Below are positions 54,583-64,000 of a stretch of 64,000 nt of DNA, one piece after another; within the stretch, counting starts at the first letter, position 1; each line of letters opens with the position of its first letter. Both the position numbers and the translations under genes were made by a program. The notes under the pieces were generated by a model that worked only from the letters and a program-made list of their open reading frames with translations, made no database searches and was not told where the DNA came from. This DNA is from Nitrospirota bacterium (GTDB lineage Bacteria > Nitrospirota > UBA9217). The stretch spans positions 480,001 through 544,000 of the forward strand of contig CAVUCU010000004.1 in NCBI GenBank assembly GCA_963740085.1. Reading direction: 5' to 3'.

Positions 54583-56481
54583 CTAAATTGCTACCATTAG
54601 GTCATATTTTTTCATGGAGCTTTTCTGGACCGCCGCGATCAACTTGAAAGAAGACTTCAGCATTGCCCTCTCCAGCTCAGCGAGGTCCTGTGGATCGATA
54701 TAATTGTCCGGCTCCCGGCAGTTCTGGATCTGCTGGTACTGGTGCCTGAGCCTCATTGACATGAGAAACTCAAAGGCAAGTTCGAGCTCACCGGTGAAGG
54801 GACCCACGATACAGCTGCGGTCCTTCAGTTCCGAGAGCCGCTCCACCGTGGAGGTATGGTACACTTTTGCCTCCAGTGCGGAGAGCCGTGAGGCATCGAT
54901 GATAGGGCCAAGACCGTTGATCTTGATATTGAACTTTCCTTTGTTGGCACCGCTGTTTTCAAGTTTGAATTTCCCCAGGAAATTGACCGGCGGCCTGTTC
55001 TTGACCATGGCTCCGGCCATGTGCGCAAGGAACAGGGTCTTGTCCTTGATCTCATGGCCCAGAAAAGCCCTGAGCCGTTCCGCAAGCAGCGAATCGCCGT
55101 GCACGGACCGGAAGTCGAAGAGAATAAGAGACCGGAGGACTGCCTCGGGCGTGGGGATGTTGATCCAGTCTGAGAAATACCTTTTCCAGACGCTGAGCGG
55201 CTGGCACCACGCCGGATTGCTCGCCATATAGTCCGCGCTGCACGGGGGAAACCCGCACCGCGCCAGGGCATCCTTCATCCGGACTGCGAATTCTGCAAAA
55301 TATTCAGCAGCGTCACCGCCCCGGTCGACCGTATCCTCGTAGATGATGGCGTTGTCCTGGTCCGTCTTGAAGGTCTGTTCCTTTCTCCCCTCGCTCCCGA
55401 AGACGATCCAGCAGTAGCCGACAGGCGGAGGCCCCATCCGGGATTCGGTGATCTTGAGTACCTTTTGTACAAGCCTGTCGTTGATCTCGGTGATGATCCT
55501 GGTTATCGTGCTTGCCTTTGCGCCTTCCTTGATGAGAATGGTGATGGTACGATTGATCTTCGTCGAGGCAGGAACGAGCCCATCGAGCGTGTCCTGGCTC
55601 TCGATCTCCCGCGCAAGGGAAAGGGGCGACGCCCCTTGCAGCATCATAAGGTCGTGGCTGGACAGTATCCCTTTAAGCTCTCCCTTGCCGACCACAAGCA
55701 GGTGGTGAATATTGTACCGCATCATTTTCAGGAGCGCCTCAAAGCAGTGGTCCCGCTCTTCCGCCTTGATGAGGACTATGCTCATGATATCGCCTACTCG
55801 CCCGTCAATATCCCTGCCCCGGGAGACGACCTTGCTTCTGAGGTCCCGGTCAGTGACCATTCCGGACGGCGATCCGTTTTCATCGAGCAGGATCAGGGAA
55901 CCGATGCCGTTCTCATCCATGATCTCCGCTGCCTCGCGGATGGATACGTTTTCCGATGCAGTGATCACCTCCCGGCTGGCAAGGTCGCACAGGACGTTCG
56001 TGAACAGGAGCTTGTCCCCGCCACCGTACAACAGCGTCCGTTCGTGCATCTCCTTGTAGGCCATATGCATAAGCCGTTTCAGCAGCGCACGCAGGCAGAA
56101 TTCTGAGAATTGCGCATTCGTTTTCAGCAGACCGAGAACAGTTTTCCGCGGAATCCGGTAACATGAGGTGTCTTCTGCGGCAACGATCGTGTCCAGTGAA
56201 ATGTCGCCGAACAAAAAGGACCGCATTCCGAAGAATTCCCCCGGGGTCCGGGTGTCGACCAGCACCTGTTCATCTTCATTCGTTCTGACGTATACCCGTA
56301 CCGCGCCGCTTATAATGAGAATGAGGTGCTCTGCTGCAGGCCCGTTCTGGTGGAGGATGACCTGACCTGCGGGATAGAAAGCGGGCGACAAATCCTTGAC
56401 GATTCCGGAGAGGACTGTTTCTTCAACGAAGCTGAAGGGCGGTGTTTGCCTGAGAAACGTGAATGCATTGTCTTTTGTCAT
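54583..56481 (-). CDS. cNMP-binding, CBS and DUF294 putative nucleotidyltransferase
   Basis: PPFS..cNMP domain, TDRDLR CBS pair, FGSEGRKEQTFKTDQDNAI, MASNPAWC. Confidence 0.9.
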   Translation of the reverse strand: MTKDNAFTFLRQTPPFSFVEETVLSGIVKDLSPAFYPAGQVILHQNGPAAEHLILIISGAVRVYVRTNEDEQVLVDTRTPGEFFGMRSFLFGDISLDTIVAAEDTSCYRIPRKTVLGLLKTNAQFSEFCLRALLKRLMHMAYKEMHERTLLYGGGDKLLFTNVLCDLASREVITASENVSIREAAEIMDENGIGSLILLDENGSPSGMVTDRDLRSKVVSRGRDIDGRVGDIMSIVLIKAEERDHCFEALLKMMRYNIHHLLVVGKGELKGILSSHDLMMLQGASPLSLAREIESQDTLDGLVPASTKINRTITILIKEGAKASTITRIITEINDRLVQKVLKITESRMGPPPVGYCWIVFGSEGRKEQTFKTDQDNAIIYEDTVDRGGDAAEYFAEFAVRMKDALARCGFPPCSADYMASNPAWCQPLSVWKRYFSDWINIPTPEAVLRSLILFDFRSVHGDSLLAERLRAFLGHEIKDKTLFLAHMAGAMVKNRPPVNFLGKFKLENSGANKGKFNIKINGLGPIIDASRLSALEAKVYHTSTVERLSELKDRSCIVGPFTGELELAFEFLMSMRLRHQYQQIQNCREPDNYIDPQDLAELERAMLKSSFKLIAAVQKSSMKKYDLMVAI

Positions 56482-56518
56482 GGCACAGCTCCGGGACCTG
56501 CCCCGCGAACGATCCCCG

Positions 56519-56887
56519 TCACCTTGGTTTATCGAGGGCCTTTCTGACGGCCCTCTTCATCTCGTCATGCATCAGTGGCTTTACGAGAAAATCGCATGCG
56601 CCGGCTTTGATGGATTCCATTGCCGTGGTCAGAGAGGCATAGGCCGTGATGACCATCACTTTCTGCTTGGGATTTGTCCTGCAGTATTTTGTCAGGAGTT
56701 CAATGCCACTGATGCCGGGAAGGATGATGTCAGTAATGATGAGGTCGTAGCATCGGTGATCGAGAAGGGTGAAAGCGGATTCGGCACTGTCGGCGATATC
56801 CACCTCATAGCCCTCGCGCTGTAAGATCCTCTGCAATGACTTGCAGAGCGTATCCTCGTCTTCGACTAAAAGCAATCTCTCAGCCAC
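56519..56887 (-). CDS. Single-domain response regulator
   Basis: LLVEDE, DLIITDIILPGISG, ITAY, LVKP; GGAGG before GTG at 56887. Confidence 0.88.
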   Translation of the reverse strand: MAERLLLVEDEDTLCKSLQRILQREGYEVDIADSAESAFTLLDHRCYDLIITDIILPGISGIELLTKYCRTNPKQKVMVITAYASLTTAMESIKAGACDFLVKPLMHDEMKRAVRKALDKPR

Positions 56888-57183
56888 TTTGCCCCTCCAG
56901 AAGATCTTGGCCTGCTCTGCTTGAGGTGTTACTGAAAGTATCGCGAAAAGTATCTGTGAACTATGACTTTCTTCTCGTGCATAGTATACCATTTCAGTTT
57001 GCCCATTTCGACCTTAATCGGTAAATGTTGCCGTATTTCGATGGATGGTTTACAAACGGGAATTGATATATGAAGGTCAGTAGATAAATGCTTTTTCTGA
57101 GTACGTAACTTCGTTGAGATAACCCTATGGACCTTAGTTTTTCTCGACAAAACCTTCAAAATATTCTAATATTGTCCATTCCC

Positions 57184-59711
57184 ATGGATGATCTCAAGAC
57201 AATTCTCGACCGGATCAAAAAACCACTCTCGTTCGCTGCGCGGGACGATTTTGCCCATATCAAAAGTCTGGCGGCAATGGATGCTTTTATCCAGTCCCAG
57301 GTCGAAGATCTGAAACGAATCGCGAAAGACCGTCACGAGATATCGGAGATAAAGGATCTCTTTGCTGGATTCGATGCTCTGTCCCTGGACAAGAAAAAAG
57401 AGCGGATAATCAAGGCAGTGGCGGTGATCGACGCATTTGCGCAAAATGCAGAGACACCCAATGGAGACAAGACCTCAGTTGACATTCCCCCCAACCCCAC
57501 GATAGAAACATTCGATGCCCGGTCCGGTCCTCTCCCTCCAGAGAAGAGTGTATTGAGAGTTCCCCCTTTATCTGCGGGTGTGGAGCAAAAGGAGACAAGT
57601 CCGGTTCTTCTTCGGCTCGATGCCCCCATCCAATACTGCAAAGGCATCGGCCCCAAGCGGGCTGAACTGCTCCAGAAACTCGGCATCACGACGATCGACG
57701 ACGCACTCACCTATCTTCCCTGGCGCTATGAGGACAGGGGAAATCTCAAAAAGATCGGCAGGCTCACCTATGGTTCTTTTGAGACGGTGACCGGCGAAGT
57801 GGTCTCTGCCGAGGTGGTCCAGACCAGGCGGCAGCGCGTAAAGGTCTTCGAGCTGCTGATCACGGACAAGAGCGGGATGCTCGTGGGTTCATGGTACAAC
57901 CAGCCGTTCATGAAAAAGATGTTCAGGCCGGGCCAAAGGGTAATTCTCTCGGGTGTTGTGAAGGCGAATTCCTACCGGAGCGGTCTGCCGCAGATGGACA
58001 ACCCGGAGTATGAGATCATGGGTGAGGACGAGGCCGACGACATGATCCACGCCGGCAGGATCGTCCCGATCTACCGTGCCACAGCCGGTTTGTCGGTCCG
58101 CGCGATCCGATCGATGATGAAGACCATCCTCGATTCCTGCGCCGGGTCGGTGCGGGAGGCTTTACCCGACTTCCTTGTGCAGAAATATTCTCTCATGCCT
58201 TCTCTTGAAGCATTGTCCGAAGCGCACTTCCCCACGAAAGAAAAGAACATTGTTGTCCTGAACCGCGGCACGAGTGCGGCGCACCGGCGCTTAAGCTTCG
58301 AGGAACTGTTCTCGCTCGAGCTGGGCCTCGCCCTCAGGAAGCGGGGAGTGATCGTTGAAAAGAAGGGGATATCGTTCAAATCGCTCACTCGGTTCGAGAC
58401 TGCGCTGAGAAGGGAGCTTCCCTACAAACTGACGGCTGCCCAGGAGCGGGTGACACTCGAGATCAAAAAAGACATGACTTCGGCCCGGCCCATGAACAGG
58501 CTGGTGCAGGGTGATGTAGGCTGCGGCAAGACCGTGGTCGCTTTGATCGCTTCACTCATGGCGGTGGAGAATGGGTATCAGGCATGCATCATGGCGCCGA
58601 CAGAGATCCTGGCCGAACAGCACTTTAAGAACATCACGGACATGGCGTCGTTGCTCGGGATCACGGTCCGCTCTCTCAAGGGCCGCATGAAGAAGAAGGA
58701 GAAGGAAACACTTATTGGTGAGATCGGGTCCGGCGCGGCGCAGATCGTGGTCGGCACCCACGCCCTGATCGAGCAGAACGTGAAATTCGACCGCCTGGGC
58801 CTTGCGATCATCGACGAACAACACCGCTTCGGCGTGATGCAGCGCTCCACGCTCACCTCCAAGGGATATGAGCCGGACGTTCTGGTCATGACCGCAACGC
58901 CGATACCGCGCACGCTTGCGCTCACGGTCTACGGCGATCTCGACGTATCCGTGATCGACGAAATGCCGCCGGGCAGGAGACCGGTCATTACCCGTCTCTA
59001 CTTCGAGAACCGAAGGAGAGAAGCGTACCAGTTCATTGAAAGCGAGCTTAAGAAGGGACGGCAGGTGTATGTGGTGTATCCGCTTGTTGAGGAGACGGAG
59101 AAGAGCGACCTGAAGGCGGCGACCGAGATGGCGGCCCACCTCCAGGCGGACATCTTCACGGACTGGAAGGTCGGGCTTCTGCACGGCAGAATGAAGGGCG
59201 ACGAGAAAGAAGCGGTCATGGCGTCCTTTAAGGGGGAGAGATCCAAATCCTGGTCTCGACCACGGTGATCGAGGTCGGCGTGGACGTGCCGAACGCCGCG
59301 ATCATGGTGATCGAACACCCCGAACGGTTCGGCCTGGCGCAGCTCCATCAGCTTCGCGGTCGGGTCGGCAGGGGTGAACAACAATCCTATTGCATTCTCA
59401 TGGGACCCAGGATGTTCGCGGAAGAAGCACGTGAGCGGTTGAATGCTTTCAGTCGAACGAATGACGGTTTCATGATCGCCGAAGAAGATCTGCGGCTGCG
59501 CGGCCCCGGCGAGTTCTTCGGCACGCGCCAGTCCGGTCTGCCGGACCTGCGCGCGGCGAACATCATTCGGGATGCGGACCTTCTCGAAATCGCCAGGAAA
59601 GAGGCATTCGACCTGATCCGGCAGGACCCGGCGCTCGCACAGTATCCGCGGCTTCGCGATCTGCTGAAGCGGAAGTGGCAGGGCAGGCTCGGACTGATAT
59701 CCGTAGGTTGA
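57184..59711 (+). CDS. recG: ATP-dependent DNA helicase RecG; frameshift near 59240
   Basis: [34 protein letters not shown], then [21 protein letters not shown] and DLRLRGPGE. Confidence 0.95.
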
Positions 59712-59946
59712 TATTTCAAGTGTATTCTGATAGAGTAGCATCGAAAAAGGATCATGGTCAATGAGCAGGGGTATAAATTGTTTGGATGGCGGTAACGGTG
59801 TCGAAGCCCGTATCGTCACTCGGTCATCGGTAAAGAAAAAGACGAATAATGTACTCGAATTCCGAAACGGGCATCGCCTGCCCCCGCGTTTTCGCAAGAG
59901 CACGGGGTTACCTTTGCTGGGGTCCTGAGCATTATAAGGAGTTATC

Positions 59947-60315
59947 ATGACGATTTGGGAAAAGGCGGTATTGAACATGCAACGGGGAGCCCTGAGGATA
60001 TCCGTCGCCGCTGTTCTGTTTTCCGAGCGGGTACGGGCTGAGATCAACATCGTTCAACTGCGTATCAGGATCAACGAGGTCCAGGCCAGGATCAATGAAC
60101 TGTACCAAATCATCGGCCGCAAGGTGGTTAACCTCTCCACGGGTGATGCGCTGCCAAAAACGAGTGAACAATTGGTCCAAAACGAGGATATCTCCGTTGC
60201 AATCCAGGAACTTGCCGATCGTAAACAGGAGATCGAAGAGTTGAATGACAAGATCAAGAGCGAACAAAACCCGTTCAAGACTGCTCCGAAGCGTAAGGAG
60301 GACGCCATCATATGA
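59947..60315 (+). CDS. Hypothetical coiled-coil protein
   Basis: AAGGAG ribosome site; heptad pattern; overlaps the pilD start. Confidence 0.7.
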   Translation: MTIWEKAVLNMQRGALRISVAAVLFSERVRAEINIVQLRIRINEVQARINELYQIIGRKVVNLSTGDALPKTSEQLVQNEDISVAIQELADRKQEIEELNDKIKSEQNPFKTAPKRKEDAII

Positions 60316-61139
60316 TCAGTGCGGTTGCGTTTGCCTTTGGTCTTGTCGTTGGAAGCTTTCTGAACGTCTGCATCGTGCGCCTTCCCCGCGGCGGTTCCAT
60401 CGTCACCCCGCCTTCCCATTGCCCGCGTTGTCAAAGTGGAATACGATTCTATGATAATATACCGCTTATCAGTTTTCTTCTCCTGGGAGGAAAATGCAGA
60501 AATTGCGGAGAACCCATTTCCTGGCAATATCCGCTTGTCGAGCTTACGAACGCGCTGTTCGCTGTCTGGATCGTCAGTACGTTCGGGATCGGAGGAGAGG
60601 CGTTCCTTTTGATGGCACTCTGCTCAGCCTTGATCGTCATCACGGTTATTGACTACGACCACATGATCATTCCCGACGTCATCACCCTTCCGGGGATGCT
60701 CGTGGGGCTTTCACTCGCGCCGTTCTTCATGTCTCCGCTCGGCGACCCGCTGCCGTTCCACCTCGAGAGCCTTCTTCCCCACGCGGGGCCGTACCTGACG
60801 GGGTTCCTGAATTCCCTCATCGGCCTGCTCCTCGGCGGCGGCCCGCTCCTTGCCATCGGATGGATTTGGGAGAAGCTTCGGCACGTCGAGGCCATGGGCG
60901 GCGGGGATGTGAAGCTCATGGGCATGGTGGGGAGTTTCCTTGGATGGAAGGGAGCTCTCCTTACCATCATGCTCGGCGCCCTGACCGGCTCCGTGGCCGG
61001 TGTTTTGCTGATCGTTCTGAAAAGACATAAAATGGGGAAGCTCATTCCTTTCGGACCGTTCCTTGCAGTCGGAGCGGTAGCAAGCGCTTTCTTCGGCCCT
61101 GATATCATTGCCTGGTATGTCGGACTGATCCGTATATGA
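60312..61139 (+). CDS. pilD: Prepilin peptidase / N-methyltransferase
   Basis: GSFLNVCI.RLP, SHCPRC, GKCRNC, MGGGDVKL, IPFGPFL. Confidence 0.93.
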   Translation: MISAVAFAFGLVVGSFLNVCIVRLPRGGSIVTPPSHCPRCQSGIRFYDNIPLISFLLLGGKCRNCGEPISWQYPLVELTNALFAVWIVSTFGIGGEAFLLMALCSALIVITVIDYDHMIIPDVITLPGMLVGLSLAPFFMSPLGDPLPFHLESLLPHAGPYLTGFLNSLIGLLLGGGPLLAIGWIWEKLRHVEAMGGGDVKLMGMVGSFLGWKGALLTIMLGALTGSVAGVLLIVLKRHKMGKLIPFGPFLAVGAVASAFFGPDIIAWYVGLIRI

Positions 61140-62395
61140 CGGTTCATCCTTTTTTCATACTGCTGCCCGGTGTTATTATCGTAGCGCTCGCAGCGATCAT
61201 CTTATGGGGTATTGCGCGGCGGTACCGCCGAAAACTCGGCATGCAGACCGACGAGCGCGAGAAGAGCACCAACACCTCTTTTATCATCAACGCCTTTCAG
61301 GAAGTGACCAAACAGCTCAAAGAGAAGGAGAATGAGCTGAAACGGCTCAGGGCCCTTGCGGAACAGCGCGCAGAGAACGTTGAGACCTATAACGAAAACA
61401 TCCTCCAGTGTGTTACGAACGGAGTAATGACGTTCGATAAGGACGGTCATCTTACCACGATCAACCGCGCCGCTCTTGAAATGCTCTGTTTGCACCGGGA
61501 ACAGGCCGTCGGGAGGACATCTCAGGAGTTGTTCGGAGACAGCGAGATAGCGAGGAGGGTACACGATACGCTTGAAAAAAGAATTCCGTCAGCGCGGATG
61601 GAGACGATGCTTGAACGACCTGGCGGTAAGATCTGGCTCGGTTACAATACTGCCGTGCTCACTGACCGGCAGGCTGCCGCTCTCGGTGTTATCGTTTCCT
61701 TCTCGGACCTTACGGAGGTTAAGCGGCTCCAGGAACAGGTTGAGCTTCGGGAACGACTGACCGCACTCGGTGAGATGTCGGCAGGTATCGCGCATGAACT
61801 CAGAAACCCCATGGCGGTCATGTCGGGGTACCTCAAGCTGCTCTCAAAAAAAAGCGATCCAACAGATCAGGAAACGATCCTGAGCATCACAAAAGAGATC
61901 AACGGCATGAACCGGATCATCGGCGACCTGCTGACCTTCGCGCGCCCGGCAGCGCTTAACCGGGTCAAGGTCAGTGTCAAGGAAATGATCACAAGCTGTC
62001 TGGCTGCCGTTCTGCAGGCCAAGGGCGAAAATTCCCGGATCGAGACAGTGTTGAAACTCACGGATGCCGAGGTCACTGTTGATGAATTCCTGATGCGGCA
62101 GGCGTTTACCAATCTTCTTCAGAACGCGGTCGAGGCCATGCCGGACGGCGGTACACTTACCATCGAGGCGCAGACGAACCGTGACCTCAAGATCGCGGTT
62201 CGCGATACGGGCATAGGTATACCTTCTGACAAAGTGAAAAAGATATTCCTTCCCTTTTTCACCTTGAAAGATACGGGTGTGGGCATGGGGCTCGCCCTTG
62301 TACATAAGATCGTAACCTCCCATGGCGGCAGAGTAGATGTGGCGAGTACGACGGGAAAAGGAACGGCATTCAGCATCATTCTCCCCCTACGGTAA
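61136..62395 (+). CDS. PAS-domain sensor histidine kinase
   Basis: AGIAHELRNP, NLLQNAVEAM, DTGIGI, GVGMGL. Confidence 0.92.
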   Translation: MTVHPFFILLPGVIIVALAAIILWGIARRYRRKLGMQTDEREKSTNTSFIINAFQEVTKQLKEKENELKRLRALAEQRAENVETYNENILQCVTNGVMTFDKDGHLTTINRAALEMLCLHREQAVGRTSQELFGDSEIARRVHDTLEKRIPSARMETMLERPGGKIWLGYNTAVLTDRQAAALGVIVSFSDLTEVKRLQEQVELRERLTALGEMSAGIAHELRNPMAVMSGYLKLLSKKSDPTDQETILSITKEINGMNRIIGDLLTFARPAALNRVKVSVKEMITSCLAAVLQAKGENSRIETVLKLTDAEVTVDEFLMRQAFTNLLQNAVEAMPDGGTLTIEAQTNRDLKIAVRDTGIGIPSDKVKKIFLPFFTLKDTGVGMGLALVHKIVTSHGGRVDVASTTGKGTAFSIILPLR

Positions 62396-62400
62396 ATTAC

Positions 62401-63786
62401 ATGGCTGATATCATCCTCATTATCGAAGACAAAGAAAGCATGCTCGACATGCTGAAGCAGACCCTTGAGGCCGAAGGCTACCAGGTGATCCCGGCCAGGG
62501 ACGGTGCCGAGGGCATCAGGAAGCTGTCTGACGAGCGCATCGGTTTGGTGCTTACGGACCTCAAGCTCCCGAAAAAAGACGGTTTCGAGGTGCTTAAGGC
62601 GGTCAAGCAGGACAACCCGCTCCTGCCCGTGATCGTGATGACCGCATTCGGAACGATCGAGACCGCCGTCAAAGCGGTGAAGCAGGGGGCCTACGAATTT
62701 CTGACCAAACCCTTTGACACCGATCATCTTCTTGTCTTGATCAAGCGCGCGCTGGACGCCTCGCGTATGGCGACCGAAAACATTCTCCTGAAAGAAGAGT
62801 TTGCGGATCAGCTTGGCCTTCCGAAGATCATAGGCAAGAGCAGCGGGATGCAGGAGATCATGACCAAGATACAGAAGGTAGCGCCGACCAACGCATCGGT
62901 GCTGATCCACGGTGAGAGCGGGACAGGCAAGGAACTGTTTGCGCGCGCGATCCACCACTTGAGCAATCGAAAGGATGCGCCGTTCATTGCGATAAACTCA
63001 GCCGCTATTCCGCGCGAACTGCTGGAAAGCGAGCTGTTCGGGTATGAACGCGGTGCCTTCACCGGGGCGGACGCACGCAAGCTCGGCAAGCTCGAATTGG
63101 CTGATAAGGGGACGGTTTTTCTTGACGAGATCGGCGATATGGATGTGGCCCTTCAGTCGAAGATGCTTCGGGTGCTCCAGGAACAGGTGATAGAGCGTGT
63201 GGGCGGCGGCAAACCGATCAAAATCGATGTTCGCGTCGTGGCAGCCACGAACAAGGACGTCGAGAAGGCCGTGGCCGCCAAGTTGTTCAGGGAAGACCTG
63301 TTCTATCGCCTGAACGTGTTCCCCATCACGATCCCGCCGCTCCGTGATCGACGCGATGACATCCCGGCGTTGGCGCAGAATTTTTTGAACAAGTATTCAG
63401 CCGAGGTGAGGAAGGGATTGCTCACGATCTCCGACGAGGCCATGGACATTCTGATGAAATCCCCCTGGAAGGGGAATGTGCGGGAGCTGGAGAACGTGAT
63501 CGAACGGGCGGTGATCTACGCTGATGGCGGCGTGATCCGCAGCCAGGACCTCGGCATCAGCGAATCGAGCATTCTCGATGCCCTTGCAGAGCATGTGCCC
63601 ATGGACGGCCCTCTTCAGGAGGTTGCGGCAGCGGCAACACGCGTCGCGGAGTCCCGTCGCATCAGACAGGTGCTGAAACAGACCGGAGGGAATAAGACCC
63701 GTGCGGCAGAGGTCCTCCAGGTAAGCTACAAAACCCTTCTCACGAAGATCAAGGATTACCAGCTGGAGGAGAAGGGGGAAAACTGA
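62401..63786 (+). CDS. Sigma-54-dependent response regulator (NtrC/PilR-like)
   Basis: Receiver domain, GESGTGKE, ESELFG..GAFTGA, WKGNVRELEN, HTH. Confidence 0.93.
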   Translation: MADIILIIEDKESMLDMLKQTLEAEGYQVIPARDGAEGIRKLSDERIGLVLTDLKLPKKDGFEVLKAVKQDNPLLPVIVMTAFGTIETAVKAVKQGAYEFLTKPFDTDHLLVLIKRALDASRMATENILLKEEFADQLGLPKIIGKSSGMQEIMTKIQKVAPTNASVLIHGESGTGKELFARAIHHLSNRKDAPFIAINSAAIPRELLESELFGYERGAFTGADARKLGKLELADKGTVFLDEIGDMDVALQSKMLRVLQEQVIERVGGGKPIKIDVRVVAATNKDVEKAVAAKLFREDLFYRLNVFPITIPPLRDRRDDIPALAQNFLNKYSAEVRKGLLTISDEAMDILMKSPWKGNVRELENVIERAVIYADGGVIRSQDLGISESSILDALAEHVPMDGPLQEVAAAATRVAESRRIRQVLKQTGGNKTRAAEVLQVSYKTLLTKIKDYQLEEKGEN

Positions 63787-63858
63787 GAAGTCATCGTTAA
63801 ACACTCAACGCTCCCGTTGGACGGTGCTGAAGCTCTATACTCAAACCGCATAACCCTC

Positions 63859-64000
63859 ATGGATAAAATACCTGTTAACAGCAAAAGAGAAATCGAAAAA
63901 CTCGTCAAAGAAATCAAAGAACATAATTACCGCTATCATGTCCTTGACGCTCCGGTCATATCCGATGCGGAATATGACAAGCTGTTCAGACGCCTGAAGG
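63859..64000 (+). CDS. ligA: NAD-dependent DNA ligase, N-terminus (partial)
   Basis: [25 protein letters not shown]. Confidence 0.92.
   Translation, partial: MDKIPVNSKREIEKLVKEIKEHNYRYHVLDAPVISDAEYDKLFRRLK

Noticed and set aside
57184-57620. N-terminal extension of RecG
   Set aside because: N-terminal extensions occur in RecG of several lineages, and nothing further is supportable from the sequence.
59761-59933. tmRNA-like 5' end, riboswitch, or 55-codon ORF between recG and the pilD operon
   Set aside because: Some hairpins and a faint resemblance are present, but there is no tmRNA 3' acceptor/T-arm, no ALAA-type tag end and no riboswitch consensus I can verify. An Rfam scan is needed.

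Overview
Bacterial chromosomal window, by gene style probably from a Nitrospirota or Desulfobacterota-like anaerobe (inference). Bases ~1-23.7 kb hold a surface/exopolysaccharide and PEP-CTERM-associated locus: several glycosyltransferases, a PssD-PssE fusion, DegT aminotransferase, FkbM, a Wzy-like polymerase, a secreted beta-helix-like protein, galE, a wbpA-like dehydrogenase, VanZ proteins, a truncated exosortase, prsK and prsR. The rest is mostly core and metabolic genes: Crp/Fnr regulator, tRNA-Val(GAC), thrS-infC-rpmI-rplT, amidase, prfB (programmed +1 frameshift), livMGF, truA, a 7-heme cytochrome c plus cytochrome b pair, a beta-propeller/ABC/TPR cluster, rpmB, a TetR-TolC-RND-MacAB efflux cluster, a DUF294 protein, recG, pilD with a two-component pair, and the start of ligA. 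Many genes carry single-base frameshifts, most simply explained as long-read indel errors. The most striking structure is nested. An 84-aa GIY-YIG nuclease gene bounded by perfect 12-bp inverted repeats (CCCCGTTAGATA / TATCTAACGGGG) sits in the middle of a four-helix-bundle gene. That gene is itself bracketed by oppositely oriented arrays of CTAAAGTG repeats. Related short-period inverted arms, empty, nested or carrying a gene remnant, recur through the window and suggest a poorly described cassette or mini-element system. All product calls rest on motif recognition only; no database search was run.
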